From a bacterium (GTDB lineage Bacteria; Bacillota_I; Bacilli_A; RF39; UBA660), in assembly GCA_019423565.1 (NCBI GenBank), contig JAHZBE010000002.1, forward strand, positions 18,563 through 82,562: DNA of 64,000 bases, given 5' to 3'. Shown piece by piece: positions 10,825-21,288 of the stretch. Each line of letters starts with the position of its first letter. Positions within the stretch are counted from its first letter, which is position 1. The notes under the pieces were generated by a model that was not told the DNA's origin, did not search any database, and was given only the letters and a program-made list of their open reading frames with translations. The translations under genes were made by a program, and so were the position numbers.

Positions 10825-11652
10825 TTACTTATTGCTATCAATTTCTGGAAATTTTAATGTCTTACTTTTACCTCCTTTTAAAAGCTTAATACTCGTATCT
10901 GTTAAAGTATCTACTGAATCGTCTAAAGTAACTTCAAAATCTTCATCAGTTAATCTATTATAAAATACTATTTTCTTTTTAAGTTTAGATAATTCATTAA
11001 TATCTTCTACTATACTTGCCATATCTAAAACTACATTATATTTATAATCATCTAACTCATATATTTCCTTTGAAAAAATTATATCTAAGAAGACTTTTAT
11101 TCTATCCATTAAAGTTTTATTATAATCTTCATTTTTTGGTACATTTGTATTATTTAAATCTTCTAATAAATCAAAAAACTTTTCGAAGATTGCTTTCAAT
11201 TCATGATCATAAATTTTATTTATATCATAACCTTTATTTTTTGATAATCCTTTTGAAAGTTCAATAATTATCTCAGAAATATAGTATTTTTCTTCTTCTT
11301 CATCATATACATCAAATACTTTTGAAAACATAGTTCCCATTATATACTCAATATTTTCTAATACTATATTAAAATCCATATTAGAAACTAAATAATCATT
11401 ATCTAATATATTATAAATGCTATTTAATAATTTTTTTCTTTCTAGATTATCATCAAGTGACGATGAAAATGTACTTATACTTATAAAATGATCTAGTATA
11501 TCACTATTTAATATATCATTATACTTAATACATAAATCATAAAATATATCTTCAGCATCACCTTTTATATTTATCATTCTTGGTAAACCTTTTTTTAGTA
11601 TTTCCTTATTATCAAGTTCATTATATAATTTTACTACTGTACTTTTTTTCAC
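10825..11652 (-). CDS. hypothetical protein
   Basis: 275 aa ORF, acidic, no recognised domain. Confidence 0.4.
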   Translation of the reverse strand: MKKSTVVKLYNELDNKEILKKGLPRMINIKGDAEDIFYDLCIKYNDILNSDILDHFISISTFSSSLDDNLERKKLLNSIYNILDNDYLVSNMDFNIVLENIEYIMGTMFSKVFDVYDEEEEKYYISEIIIELSKGLSKNKGYDINKIYDHELKAIFEKFFDLLEDLNNTNVPKNEDYNKTLMDRIKVFLDIIFSKEIYELDDYKYNVVLDMASIVEDINELSKLKKKIVFYNRLTDEDFEVTLDDSVDTLTDTSIKLLKGGKSKTLKFPEIDSNK

Positions 11653-11709
11653 AAAACCACCTTCACTTAAGATGATATATTATTTTATAAAAATAATCAA
11701 GAAAAAAAG

Positions 11710-13188
11710 CTATAAAACTATAGCTATCATATTATTAGATCCTTTATTTACTACTTTACATAATGTTGATTGAAGTTTATATCTTAAATTATCTGGCATA
11801 AGAGATAATTTTGCCTGTATTCCTTCCTGTACAATTGCATCTAAACTTCTTCCAAATATTTCACTTTTCCAAATACTATCAGCACTTTCTTCTTGGTTTT
11901 TAGTTAAATAATTTATTAATTCTTTTGATTGAAGTTCTGATCCTATAATTGGTTCAAATGTACTTTCAACATCTACTCTAATCATATGAATTGATGGTGC
12001 GACTGCTTTTAACTTAACACCATATCTTCCACCTTGTTTAACTACTTCTGGTGTATCTAATTTCATATCTTTTAAAGTTGGTATTGCAATTCCATATCCA
12101 ACTTCTTTAACCATTTTAAGTGCGCTCTTATATTGTTCAAATTCTTCTTTTGTTTCATTATATTCTTGGAATATATTAAGAAGTGAGGCCCTACTATTTA
12201 TACTTGTTCCTATGATTTCTTTTAGTACTTCATCATATAAATTATTAGGAGCAGTAAGTGTTATTGTTACCTCTCCTTTTGCTGGATCTACATTTGACAT
12301 ATATGCTTTTTCTATTTGATCACACTGTTTAAAATGTTTATTAATAGAATCTATATCACGAAGTTTATCAACTTCTACAACACATTCTCTTATTTGATCT
12401 ATATATACTTTCTTTATTGGATGATTTGGATTTAATGTTCCTATCCAATCCGGAATATCTACTTTAACATTAAGTACAGGAAACTCATATAAAGCCTCTT
12501 TTAATATGTTATACACATCTTTTTCATTCATAGTTTCTGCACTTATTGGTATTACAGGCACATTATGTTCTTCTTTTAATTTTTCTGCTAATCTTTCAGT
12601 TTCTGGAAGTGTTGGATGTGCTGAATTTAATAAAACTATAAATGGTTTACCTATTTCTTTTAGTTCACTTATTACTTCATTTTCTGCTTCTATATAATTA
12701 TTTCTAGTAATATCGCCTATACTACCATCTGTTGTTACTACAATACCTATTGTAGAATGATCTCTAATTACTTTTTCTGTGCCTATTTCAGCTGCCTCTA
12801 CAAAAGGAATGTCTTCATCATACCAAGGCGTTTTAACCATTCTTGGTTCTCCCATTTCATCTTCATAACCTTTAGCAGCAGGAATAACATAACCAACACA
12901 ATCAACTAATTTTATATTTGTTTCAAATTCTTCAACCTTTATTTTAGCGGCTGTTGATGGAACAAATTTAGGTTCTATTGTCATAATTGTTTTTCCTTGT
13001 GCCGTTTGAGGAATTTCATCTAAACATCTTTTTCTTTCATATTCATCTTCAATATTAGGCACAACTAAATTTTCAATAAATTTCTTTATAAAAGTGGATT
13101 TACCTGTTCTTACAGCTCCAACTACACCAAGGTATATATCTCCACCTGTTCTTTCTGATATACTTTTTATAATATCTATCTTTTCCAT
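11710..13188 (-). CDS. spoIVA: stage IV sporulation protein A (spore coat morphogenetic ATPase)
   Basis: 492 aa; N-terminal Walker A GAVRTGKST in the SpoIVA context (MEKIDIIKSISERTGGDIYLGVVG...), length and C-terminus typical. Confidence 0.9.
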   Translation of the reverse strand: MEKIDIIKSISERTGGDIYLGVVGAVRTGKSTFIKKFIENLVVPNIEDEYERKRCLDEIPQTAQGKTIMTIEPKFVPSTAAKIKVEEFETNIKLVDCVGYVIPAAKGYEDEMGEPRMVKTPWYDEDIPFVEAAEIGTEKVIRDHSTIGIVVTTDGSIGDITRNNYIEAENEVISELKEIGKPFIVLLNSAHPTLPETERLAEKLKEEHNVPVIPISAETMNEKDVYNILKEALYEFPVLNVKVDIPDWIGTLNPNHPIKKVYIDQIRECVVEVDKLRDIDSINKHFKQCDQIEKAYMSNVDPAKGEVTITLTAPNNLYDEVLKEIIGTSINSRASLLNIFQEYNETKEEFEQYKSALKMVKEVGYGIAIPTLKDMKLDTPEVVKQGGRYGVKLKAVAPSIHMIRVDVESTFEPIIGSELQSKELINYLTKNQEESADSIWKSEIFGRSLDAIVQEGIQAKLSLMPDNLRYKLQSTLCKVVNKGSNNMIAIVL

Positions 13189-13300
13189 TTAATCCCTACT
13201 TTCTTTATTAAACTATATGAATTAAATTATGTGTTATTACATTTTTTTGACTTTTTTATTTTTTAATAATAGAATACTAACCCGAAAAGAGGGGTTATTT

Positions 13301-13804
13301 ATGGATTATGATGTTGAAATGTTAAAATTATATTTCAAAGAAAAAAGTTATTCTAAAGAAAAAATTAATGAATTATTAGATTCAAACCCATTTAATAAAG
13401 AATATATGGAATGGATAAAAAGCAGAAATTTAACAGGAAAAGATTTAGCAAGAGTAATTATTAAAAACCATTTAATAAATAAAGATACAAATTTACAAGA
13501 GATTACATCACACGAAAATGACAGAGTAAGTAAATATTTATTTAATAAATCTATAACTTCTATAATTACACAATCAATTAGATTTATGCCAGGATATACT
13601 ATATTTATGCGTGGTAAATCAAATGTTCTAAAATCATGCATTAAATATAATATTCCATTCATTGCTGGAGAATGTACATATGATAAAACTTATTATGAAA
13701 AAATTAAAGAATATTATTTAAATTTACGTGAACAATTTAAAAATTGTGAATTCATAGAAGATGAATCTGATTATAGAAATACCTGTATTATCAGATCAAG
13801 ATAA
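13301..13804 (+). CDS. hypothetical protein
   Basis: Start at ATG 13301 with GAGGGG RBS (track ORF extended to 13229); 167 aa, no recognised domain. Confidence 0.4.
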   Translation: MDYDVEMLKLYFKEKSYSKEKINELLDSNPFNKEYMEWIKSRNLTGKDLARVIIKNHLINKDTNLQEITSHENDRVSKYLFNKSITSIITQSIRFMPGYTIFMRGKSNVLKSCIKYNIPFIAGECTYDKTYYEKIKEYYLNLREQFKNCEFIEDESDYRNTCIIRSR

Positions 13805-13860
13805 AAAGAGTCCTTTGAACTGTCTATCTTTATTGACAAGTTCATTTAGACTCTTTTTTT
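13805..13860. terminator. bidirectional intrinsic terminator between convergent genes
   Basis: Long hairpin aaagagtc...gaactgtc/gacaagttc...gactcttt followed by T-run on plus strand and A-run on the other side. Confidence 0.5.
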
Positions 13861-14101
13861 AAAACATTTTATCTACATTCTTAGGTACATTATCTGTAAC
13901 TATGGTATTTATAATTTTATCTTCTTGTTCTTTACTTACTTCCTTACCTGTCATTTTACTAAGTTCACGAATAACATCTCTTATATTATCCTCATTTTTC
14001 ATATTATCACCTTGAAGTTTTTTAGCAAGATCAAGTATTGTAGACTTTTTAACATTAGTCTTTTTTTCTACTTTATTAAAAAAATTATCACTAAAATTCA
14101 T
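13859..14101 (-). CDS. small sporulation protein, SpoVIF(YjcC)-like
   Basis: 80 aa; size, charge pattern and C-terminal ...NVPKNVDKMF resemble the stage VI sporulation protein F family; assignment by pattern memory only. Confidence 0.4.
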   Translation of the reverse strand: MNFSDNFFNKVEKKTNVKKSTILDLAKKLQGDNMKNEDNIRDVIRELSKMTGKEVSKEQEDKIINTIVTDNVPKNVDKMF

Positions 14102-14172
14102 TAGATTACCACCTTCTAATCTAATATATGTTTTTTGCCCAAAAATGTGACAAAAGAAAAAAGTAATATAAA

Positions 14173-15486
14173 TTACTTTTCTTCACCCTTACTTTTAAAT
14201 TGTATTATTATTGGTGTTCCTTCTAAATCAAAATTTTCCCTTATTTTATTTTCTAAATATCTTAAATATGAGAAATGTACTAATCCTTTGTTATTAACAT
14301 TTAATGTAAATTTTGGTGGCATAGTACCTGTTTGAGCAGAAAAATAAATTTTAAGTCTCTTACCTTTATATGAAGGTGCTGGATTTAATGCATATGCATC
14401 ATTTATTACATCATTAAGTACACTTGTTTTAATTTCTCTTCTAGAATTTTCATACACTTTAATTATTTCAGGCATAAGTGTATGAAGTCTTTTTTTAGTA
14501 AGCGCACTTAAAAATACAATTGGAACATAACTTAAAAATTGAAATTCCGCTCTCATTTTTTGTGTATATGATTTTATATCGTTTTTATCATCAACAGTAT
14601 CCCATTTATTTACTACAAGAACCATTGGTTTACCTGCTTCTAGCGCATAAGCCGCAATATGCTTGTCGTGTTCAATAATTCCTTCTTCTGCATTTATAAC
14701 AATTACGCACACATCGCTACGTTCTATTGCTTTCATTGCTCTCATAAGGCTATACATTTCAACATTTTCATATATTTTGCCTTTTTTTCTCATTCCAGCA
14801 GTATCAATTACTACATAATCTTTCTTTTCATACTTAAATTTAGTATCAATTGAATCTCTTGTTGTTCCTGCTTCATTACTAACTATTACTCTATCTTCAT
14901 TTAAAAGTGCATTAGTAAGTGAACTCTTACCAACATTTGGTCTACCTATTAAACAGAACTTTAAAACATCACTAGAATACTCTTCTTCATATTTTGGAAA
15001 ACCTTTTGTTACTTCATCCATAAGATCATCAAATCCAATTGCATGTTCACCACTTATTGGAATATAATGTTCAAATCCTAATTCATAAAAATCATATAAA
15101 TTATCTAAATGTTTTCTATTATCAATTTTATTAATAGCAACTATTACCTTTTTCTTTGATTTAAATAATATATCACGAACTACAAAATCATTAGCATTTA
15201 ATCCCATCTTACCATCTACAACAAATATAACTACATCTGCTTCATCAATTGCAATTTCTGCCTGCATCTTTATATCAATATTAAATGTTTCATTACTAGT
15301 ATCTATTCCGCCTGTATCTATTAAATTGAATTTATAGTCATCATATGATCCAATACCATAAATTCTATCTCTAGTAATTCCTGGAACATCTTCTATAATT
15401 GCAACTTTTCTTCCTACTAGTCTATTAAATATTGTTGACTTACCTACATTAGGACTTCCTACTAACGCTACTGTTGGCATTTTCAT
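14173..15486 (-). CDS. der: ribosome biogenesis GTPase Der (EngA), tandem GTP-binding domains
   Basis: 437 aa; two G domains (GSPNVGKST and GRPNVGKSS) plus C-terminal KH-like domain. Confidence 0.9.
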   Translation of the reverse strand: MKMPTVALVGSPNVGKSTIFNRLVGRKVAIIEDVPGITRDRIYGIGSYDDYKFNLIDTGGIDTSNETFNIDIKMQAEIAIDEADVVIFVVDGKMGLNANDFVVRDILFKSKKKVIVAINKIDNRKHLDNLYDFYELGFEHYIPISGEHAIGFDDLMDEVTKGFPKYEEEYSSDVLKFCLIGRPNVGKSSLTNALLNEDRVIVSNEAGTTRDSIDTKFKYEKKDYVVIDTAGMRKKGKIYENVEMYSLMRAMKAIERSDVCVIVINAEEGIIEHDKHIAAYALEAGKPMVLVVNKWDTVDDKNDIKSYTQKMRAEFQFLSYVPIVFLSALTKKRLHTLMPEIIKVYENSRREIKTSVLNDVINDAYALNPAPSYKGKRLKIYFSAQTGTMPPKFTLNVNNKGLVHFSYLRYLENKIRENFDLEGTPIIIQFKSKGEEK

Positions 15487-15539
15487 AAGTAATCACCTCA
15501 CATAGGAAAATTATATCACATTTTATAAAATTTTGTAAA

Positions 15540-15983
15540 TTATATTTTTATACCCCTTCCTATTATCTTATAAACTATATCACCATATACTAAATTTGAA
15601 TCTTCTATTAAATTTATATCTTCTCTTTTAGCATTAACATAAAATTTATCATTATAGTAATATATTTCATAGTTAATGTATTCAAGAGGATCATCTACTT
15701 CATATAAAAATAGTGTATCTCTTAGAACATTTAATTTTAAATTTACAATATCATCATATATAAAATCTTCGTTTTCTTTTATTTCTAAAATCATTCCATA
15801 ATATCTATTAATATAAAGTTCTAAATTATAATCACCAGTAAAAGTAATATTATAATATTTTTCTAAATTATCAAATACATTTATAAGTATTTTCTTAATA
15901 TCAGACTCTTCATTATATTTATTGTTATCAAGTAAATATACTATTATCGTATTTGATAACATTTCTACTTTCATTATCAACAC
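15540..15983 (-). CDS. hypothetical protein (possible MecA-like adaptor, weak)
   Basis: 147 aa, Y/D/E-rich, no firm domain. Confidence 0.35.
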   Translation of the reverse strand: MLIMKVEMLSNTIIVYLLDNNKYNEESDIKKILINVFDNLEKYYNITFTGDYNLELYINRYYGMILEIKENEDFIYDDIVNLKLNVLRDTLFLYEVDDPLEYINYEIYYYNDKFYVNAKREDINLIEDSNLVYGDIVYKIIGRGIKI

Positions 15984-16012
15984 CTAATTAAATATATGAA
16001 AAAAATGAAGAA

Positions 16013-16627
16013 TTAATCTTCATTTGGATAAACAATTTTATCAATAATACTAGTCACATCATTTTTACCAAGTTTTGTTGTACTTGAAAATAATATATAT
16101 TTATCTTCTTCTTTTATATTTAGTGTATCTTTTATTAACTGAAGTTGTTTTTCTCTTAATGTTCTGCCTATTTTATCTACTTTAGTTAAAATTATTGTTA
16201 CACTTAAATCATAATATTTTAGAAAATTATACATAAGTAAATCATCATTTGTTGGTTTATGTCTAAAATCTATAAGTAAGAATACTTCTTTTAAATTTTC
16301 TCTATTAGTTAAGTATTCTTCTATCATCATACCAAATTTTTGTTGTCTTTCTTTACTTACACTAGCGTATCCATAACCTGGTACATCTACTAAATAAAAA
16401 TCATTATTAACATTATAAAAATTTAATGTTTGAGTTTTACCTGGTTTACTTGATGTTCTAGCATAATTTCTTCTTTCTATTATTGAATTAATAAAACTAC
16501 TTTTACCTACATTACTTCTTCCTACTAATAAAAACTCTGGTTTATTGTCTGTAGGATACTGGCTTTGTCTTACAGCACTTATAGAAAGTTCAACACTATT
16601 AATTTTCATAAACAAATCACCTATCAA
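16013..16627 (-). CDS. engB: ribosome biogenesis GTP-binding protein YsxC/EngB
   Basis: LLVGRSNVGKSSFINSI G1 motif, DVPGYGYA G3 motif, about 200 aa; the true start may be the internal Met at 16609. Confidence 0.85.
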   Translation of the reverse strand: MIGDLFMKINSVELSISAVRQSQYPTDNKPEFLLVGRSNVGKSSFINSIIERRNYARTSSKPGKTQTLNFYNVNNDFYLVDVPGYGYASVSKERQQKFGMMIEEYLTNRENLKEVFLLIDFRHKPTNDDLLMYNFLKYYDLSVTIILTKVDKIGRTLREKQLQLIKDTLNIKEEDKYILFSSTTKLGKNDVTSIIDKIVYPNED

Positions 16628-16703
16628 TAATTATATCAAATTAATAAAATTAAAGCAAATTGGGGAGTATTTCCCTATCTTTTTACTTAATTATTTAAAT
16701 TTT

Positions 16704-17651
16704 TTATTTTATTTTTTTTATTTCATCAATTGTTAAACCAGTTGCTTTTGATATGTCTTCTAATGTCATATTCATTGATAATAAATTTTTAGCAATATTT
16801 ATTTTTTCATTTGATATACCATCAGATTTGCCAGAATCATATCCAGAATCATATCCAGAATTATACCCGGAACTATAACCATTTTCTTTAGCATCTTCTA
16901 TGGCGTCCTCTAATATACACTTATTTTCATAAGCTTTCTTTTCTTCTTCATCATATAACAAAGCATAATATTTATCTTTTGATAAATCATCTAATTTTTT
17001 ATATACCTCACTCATATTCTTATCTCCTTTAGACACTTCTAAAAGTTCTTCTCTTTTTCTTAATTTTAGCATTAACATATATTTCTCTAACTTTGTTAAC
17101 TTATCGTTATTATAATATTTTTCTTTTATATTTTCAAGATATATATCATATTTTATTAATCCTATTTCATCTTCTTCTTTTCCTTCATCATCTTTTAGTG
17201 TATATCTTTTTACTACACTTCCATCTTTTGACCTAAAATTATTTATATTTATTTGTATTGTTACACTTTTATCTGATAATGATACTATTTTAAATAAATA
17301 TATATCATTTCTTTTATTTAATTTTTTATAATAATGATTATTCATCTCTAAATTTATTACACTATCTTCTAATTCTATTATTAAATCCGATGTTCTTCTC
17401 TTTTCATTTATATTTAAAATAGGATACTCACTATTTATTATTGTTCCTTTTAATACTTCTTCTTTTGGTATTCCTGTTACTTCATATATTATATCCGCTA
17501 AGAATTCTTTTACGCTTTTAAATATTTCTTTAAATATTGGATCAAATGTTCCTGGTATTACTTCATGTTTTTGTCTTACAACATCTTCATGATAACTTTT
17601 TATATATTTAATATATATGCACCTACCTTTATTTATGTTTTTCTGAGGTCC
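16704..17651 (-). pseudogene. Rpn/YhgA-like PD-(D/E)XK nuclease family transposase-like gene, apparently lacking a start for its N-terminal nuclease domain
   Basis: The track ORF 16704..17345 has the family's C-terminal signature (IAKNLLSMNMTLEDISKATGLTIDEIKKIK). The same frame stays open upstream to a TGA at 17652-17654 and encodes the N-terminal motif (...FDPIFKEIF...DLIIELED...). There is no ATG, GTG or TTG in that upstream part. Confidence 0.5.
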
Positions 17652-17730
17652 TCATATATTATTTACTCCGTCTATAACCTAAATTCCCCTAAAAAATAGA
17701 AAAAAATTGATATTTCTATCAACTTTTTAA

Positions 17731-18690
17731 CTATTTTAACTTATTTTCTTTTTTATATTCTTTACATGCTTCATCAAAATCTTTGATAATATGTTCTATC
17801 TCATCAAAAGTTTTAATTCTAGCACCAGCCGCAAACTTATGTCCACCACCATTATATCTTTCAAGAATTTTATTTATTTCTGGTCCTCTACTTCTAGCAT
17901 TAACTCTTATTTGATTCATTTTAATATCTTCTGAAAAAGTTACCCAAACAAGTACTTCATCAATATTATTAAAATTATTAACAAGATTACCACTTGATGC
18001 AGGATCAGCATTAAAACTTCTTATAACTTCGTCAGATAATTTTAAATATCCAAGTCCATTATCTGTTACTATTATATTTTGATACATATATCCTTGAAGT
18101 CTTATTTCAGAAAGTGGTCTTCTATATAAATCATCATAAAGTGAAGTAAAATCTATTTTAGTATCATTAATTAATTTTGAAACTAAACTCATAGTTTTTG
18201 GTGAAGTGTAATAAAATAAGAATCTATTTGTATCAGATACAAGTCCCATAAATAATCTTTCAGCGGCATATTTAGTCATTTTAAGTCTTGTATTATAACA
18301 TAAATCAATTACAAGTTCACTAGCACTTGATACTTCTTTTACTAAACTTATGCTTCCAAATTCATCTACTACAGGATGATGATCTATTTTTATTACATCT
18401 TTAAATACACTTATATCCTTAACACCATCTATTCTTTTCAAATCTGGTGTATCTAAAACAATTAATAAAGCTTTAGGGAAAATATCTTCAGATACTTTAT
18501 CTACAGTACCAATATATTTAAATTTAGATGCTGCTGCTCCTATAGTATAAACTTCCTTTTTTGGAAATGTTGCTTTTATTATGTCTTTAAGTCCTATTGT
18601 ACTACCAAGTGCATCAGGATCTGGACCAATATGTCTAGCAAGAATTATTATATCGTTTTCTTTTATTTTTTTATATATTGCTTTATTCAT
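17731..18690 (-). CDS. nrnA: DHH/DHHA1 family phosphoesterase (NrnA-like oligoribonuclease/pAp phosphatase)
   Basis: 319 aa; DHH motif (IDHHPV), GGGH DHHA1 motif near the C-terminus. Confidence 0.8.
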   Translation of the reverse strand: MNKAIYKKIKENDIIILARHIGPDPDALGSTIGLKDIIKATFPKKEVYTIGAAASKFKYIGTVDKVSEDIFPKALLIVLDTPDLKRIDGVKDISVFKDVIKIDHHPVVDEFGSISLVKEVSSASELVIDLCYNTRLKMTKYAAERLFMGLVSDTNRFLFYYTSPKTMSLVSKLINDTKIDFTSLYDDLYRRPLSEIRLQGYMYQNIIVTDNGLGYLKLSDEVIRSFNADPASSGNLVNNFNNIDEVLVWVTFSEDIKMNQIRVNARSRGPEINKILERYNGGGHKFAAGARIKTFDEIEHIIKDFDEACKEYKKENKLK

Positions 18691-18706
18691 ACTTCACCTT
18701 TTTCTA

Positions 18707-19888
18707 CTATATTAACTTATATGTATCTCTTGCAATTACAACTTCTTCATCAGTTGGTATTACATATATTGGACAAATTGAATCATCACTTGAAATGATT
18801 CCTTCTTTTCCAAATCTCATTTCTTCATTTTTTTCTTTATCTATTTTTAAACCTAAACAATTAAGTCTATCAATTACCATTCTTCTTATATGTGGTGCAT
18901 TTTCACCAACACCTGCGGTAAAGCAAAGTGCATCAAGAGAGCCAAGTTCAACAAAATATTTAGCAATATAACCTACTATTGAATTAACATATAAGTGATG
19001 TGCTAAAATACTTTGCTCATGACCTTCACCAATTTTTGCATCAATGTCTCTAAAGTCACTACTAACTCCGCTGACACCAAACATACCACTTTTTTTATTT
19101 AAATCATTGTCAACTTCTTCAATTGACTCACCTGTTTTTTTCATAATATATGGAATAATACCATAGTCTATGTCACCACTTCTAGATCCCATAACTATTC
19201 CTGCATTTGGTGTAAATCCCATTGTTGTATCAACACATTTACCATCTCTAACGGCACTTATACTTCCACCATTACCTATATGACAAACAATTACATTAGC
19301 AAATTCTTTATCAAGTAAATGCATAACTCTTTCTGATACATATTTATGACTCATACCATGGAATCCATATTTTCTAACTCCATATTTTGTATACCATTCA
19401 TCTGGTACTGCATATCTAAATCTTTCTTCTTTTATTGTTTGATGGAATGCTGTATCAAAGCAACCAACTTGAATTGCACTTGGAATTTCTTTCATAAATG
19501 CACGAACTCCAGAAATATTTGCTGGATTATGTAATGGAGCAAGTTCATTTAGTTTTGAAATATCATCTAATATTTCTTCATTTAGTACAAGTGATTTAGA
19601 ATACTTATCAGCACCATGTACTATTCTATGACCTACTCCTTTTATTTCATCTAATGATTCAATTACTTTATTTTCTAATAATTCTTTTATTAATATATTT
19701 ACCGCATCTTCATGTGAAGATAATGTAGCGTCTTTCTTAATTTTTTCTCCATTAATTTTTATAGTATAAAAACTATTATCTAGTCCTATTCTTTCAAATA
19801 CACCAGATATTAAAACTGTTTCTTCAGGCATTTCATACATTTGAAATTTTAATGATGATGAACCTGCATTAACTGATAATATTTTCAT
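18707..19888 (-). CDS. ackA: acetate kinase
   Basis: 393 aa; N-terminal MKILSVNAGSSSLKFQ phosphate-1 motif and ASKHA fold length typical of acetate (rather than butyrate) kinase. Confidence 0.75.
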   Translation of the reverse strand: MKILSVNAGSSSLKFQMYEMPEETVLISGVFERIGLDNSFYTIKINGEKIKKDATLSSHEDAVNILIKELLENKVIESLDEIKGVGHRIVHGADKYSKSLVLNEEILDDISKLNELAPLHNPANISGVRAFMKEIPSAIQVGCFDTAFHQTIKEERFRYAVPDEWYTKYGVRKYGFHGMSHKYVSERVMHLLDKEFANVIVCHIGNGGSISAVRDGKCVDTTMGFTPNAGIVMGSRSGDIDYGIIPYIMKKTGESIEEVDNDLNKKSGMFGVSGVSSDFRDIDAKIGEGHEQSILAHHLYVNSIVGYIAKYFVELGSLDALCFTAGVGENAPHIRRMVIDRLNCLGLKIDKEKNEEMRFGKEGIISSDDSICPIYVIPTDEEVVIARDTYKLI

Positions 19889-19952
19889 CTTTTCACCTCA
19901 TATATATTATACAACAAATATAAAAATAAAAAAACATATATTCACGTATATG

Positions 19953-20333
19953 TTATTTTATTTTTAATATTAAATTAATTATTATAACTGCATAAACAAG
20001 TACAATAACTGTAAGAATTAATGCATCTGCGAATCCAGCCTTTTTCATAGGAGGCCTTACCTCTGGTTTTAAAGTTAGAGCATTACTTTTTTGTTTTTCA
20101 AACTCAACAACATTGTTTTTTTCATCATTTTTTTCAGTGTTTTCTAGCACAGATTGACTATTTGAATTATTTTCTTTAATTCTAAGTGCATCACCTAAAA
20201 GAGCAGCATATTTTCTTCTAGCATTTTTCATCATCTCAGAAGTAATAGGCGTTCCTTTCATATTATAAAGACCAGTAGAAAGATAACTAACTTCCTCAAA
20301 AGAATCATTCAAATTTTGTTCTGCATTATTCAT
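19953..20333 (-). CDS. hypothetical protein with C-terminal transmembrane anchor
   Basis: 126 aa; soluble N-terminus, single C-terminal TM (ALILTVIVLVYAVIIINLIL); overlaps the upstream ORF by 8 nt. Confidence 0.4.
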   Translation of the reverse strand: MNNAEQNLNDSFEEVSYLSTGLYNMKGTPITSEMMKNARRKYAALLGDALRIKENNSNSQSVLENTEKNDEKNNVVEFEKQKSNALTLKPEVRPPMKKAGFADALILTVIVLVYAVIIINLILKIK

Positions 20334-20838
20334 CTTTTACTACCTTCCTTCCAGTAATATCATACTTTGACATATCCTTATCAAATTTTCTATTATTTAC
20401 TGTACAATCAACAGTTTCTTTTAATATATTATTAGTAATAATACTAATTGCTTTATTAATATCAATAACACCCGTTTTTTCATTTATCGCAAATGTTTCA
20501 AGTGCTTTATCAATTGCTTTTTCATCTTTATTTTCTATTGCTTTTTTAAATTCAGCCATATTTTTAGGAACATTAATGGTTTCTTGTGGTTCTTCTATTA
20601 TTTCATCCAAAGTTTCAACTTCGTCATCTTCTTCAATCATATCTGGTATAATCTCAAATTTATCAAAATCAAACTTATTATCTTCTAGAATATCCATAGA
20701 AACATTTTTTTGTACACCATCTTTTTCAAGAACTATTTCATTAGTATTAGAATTAATACCTTTTATAACACCACTTTTCATTAAATCTTGATGTTTCATA
20801 CAATATTCCTTAAGTCTATTTATAATATTACTATCCAT
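20326..20838 (-). CDS. hypothetical acidic protein
   Basis: 170 aa ORF, no recognised domain; translationally coupled to the downstream TM-anchored ORF. Confidence 0.4.
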   Translation of the reverse strand: MDSNIINRLKEYCMKHQDLMKSGVIKGINSNTNEIVLEKDGVQKNVSMDILEDNKFDFDKFEIIPDMIEEDDEVETLDEIIEEPQETINVPKNMAEFKKAIENKDEKAIDKALETFAINEKTGVIDINKAISIITNNILKETVDCTVNNRKFDKDMSKYDITGRKVVKDE

Positions 20839-20904
20839 TTTGTTCCCTCCCTATCTTACTTTACAATAATTATAACACATAATAAAAATTTTTGTATATA
20901 TTTT

Positions 20905-20952
20905 TAAAAAAAAATCAAACTATACATTTTAACCGTATAGTTTGATCTATAT
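20905..20952 (-). terminator. intrinsic terminator downstream of the SASP gene
   Basis: 11-bp inverted repeat tcaaactatac...gtatagtttga followed (on the minus strand) by a T9 run. Confidence 0.45.
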
Positions 20953-20974
20953 ATTATATAGTTATGAGAACTAA

Positions 20975-21187
20975 CTATTTATTTTGCATATTATAGTTAC
21001 CACTTATTTGTGATTGACCCATTTGTACTAATCTACGAGTGATTTCACCACCTACTGAACCGTTAGCCCTAGCAGTAGCGTCAGCTCCTAATTGAACACC
21101 AAATTCGTTAGCTATTTCATATTTCATTCTATCGATAGCTTCTTTTGATCCAGGTGTAACTAGTTTATTTCTATTTGAACCTGTCAT
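20975..21187 (-). CDS. alpha/beta-type small acid-soluble spore protein
   Basis: 70 aa; [47 protein letters not shown] is the canonical SASP signature; strong GGAGG RBS. Confidence 0.9.
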   Translation of the reverse strand: MTGSNRNKLVTPGSKEAIDRMKYEIANEFGVQLGADATARANGSVGGEITRRLVQMGQSQISGNYNMQNK

Positions 21188-21204
21188 TTGTATTTCACCT
21201 CCTA

Positions 21205-21245
21205 TACATTTATAGAATGTGAAATTTTTTCTAAATCATACATTT
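21205..21245 (-). promoter_or_regulatory. candidate sigma-G type forespore promoter for the SASP gene
   Basis: Upstream of the RBS: GTATG, 17-nt spacer, then CATTCTA, resembling the sigma-G consensus (GnATR-17/18-CATnnTA); not verified. Confidence 0.3.
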
Positions 21246-21288
21246 TATTACATGGTAATTGTTTCCAAAAAAAAGATTAAACGCTTGT

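Noticed and set aside
16800-16870. Short periodic repeat (ccagaatcatatccagaatcatatccagaattataccc)
   Set aside because: It encodes the in-frame GYDSGYDSGYNSG low-complexity insertion of the Rpn-like protein. It is not a CRISPR or regulatory repeat.
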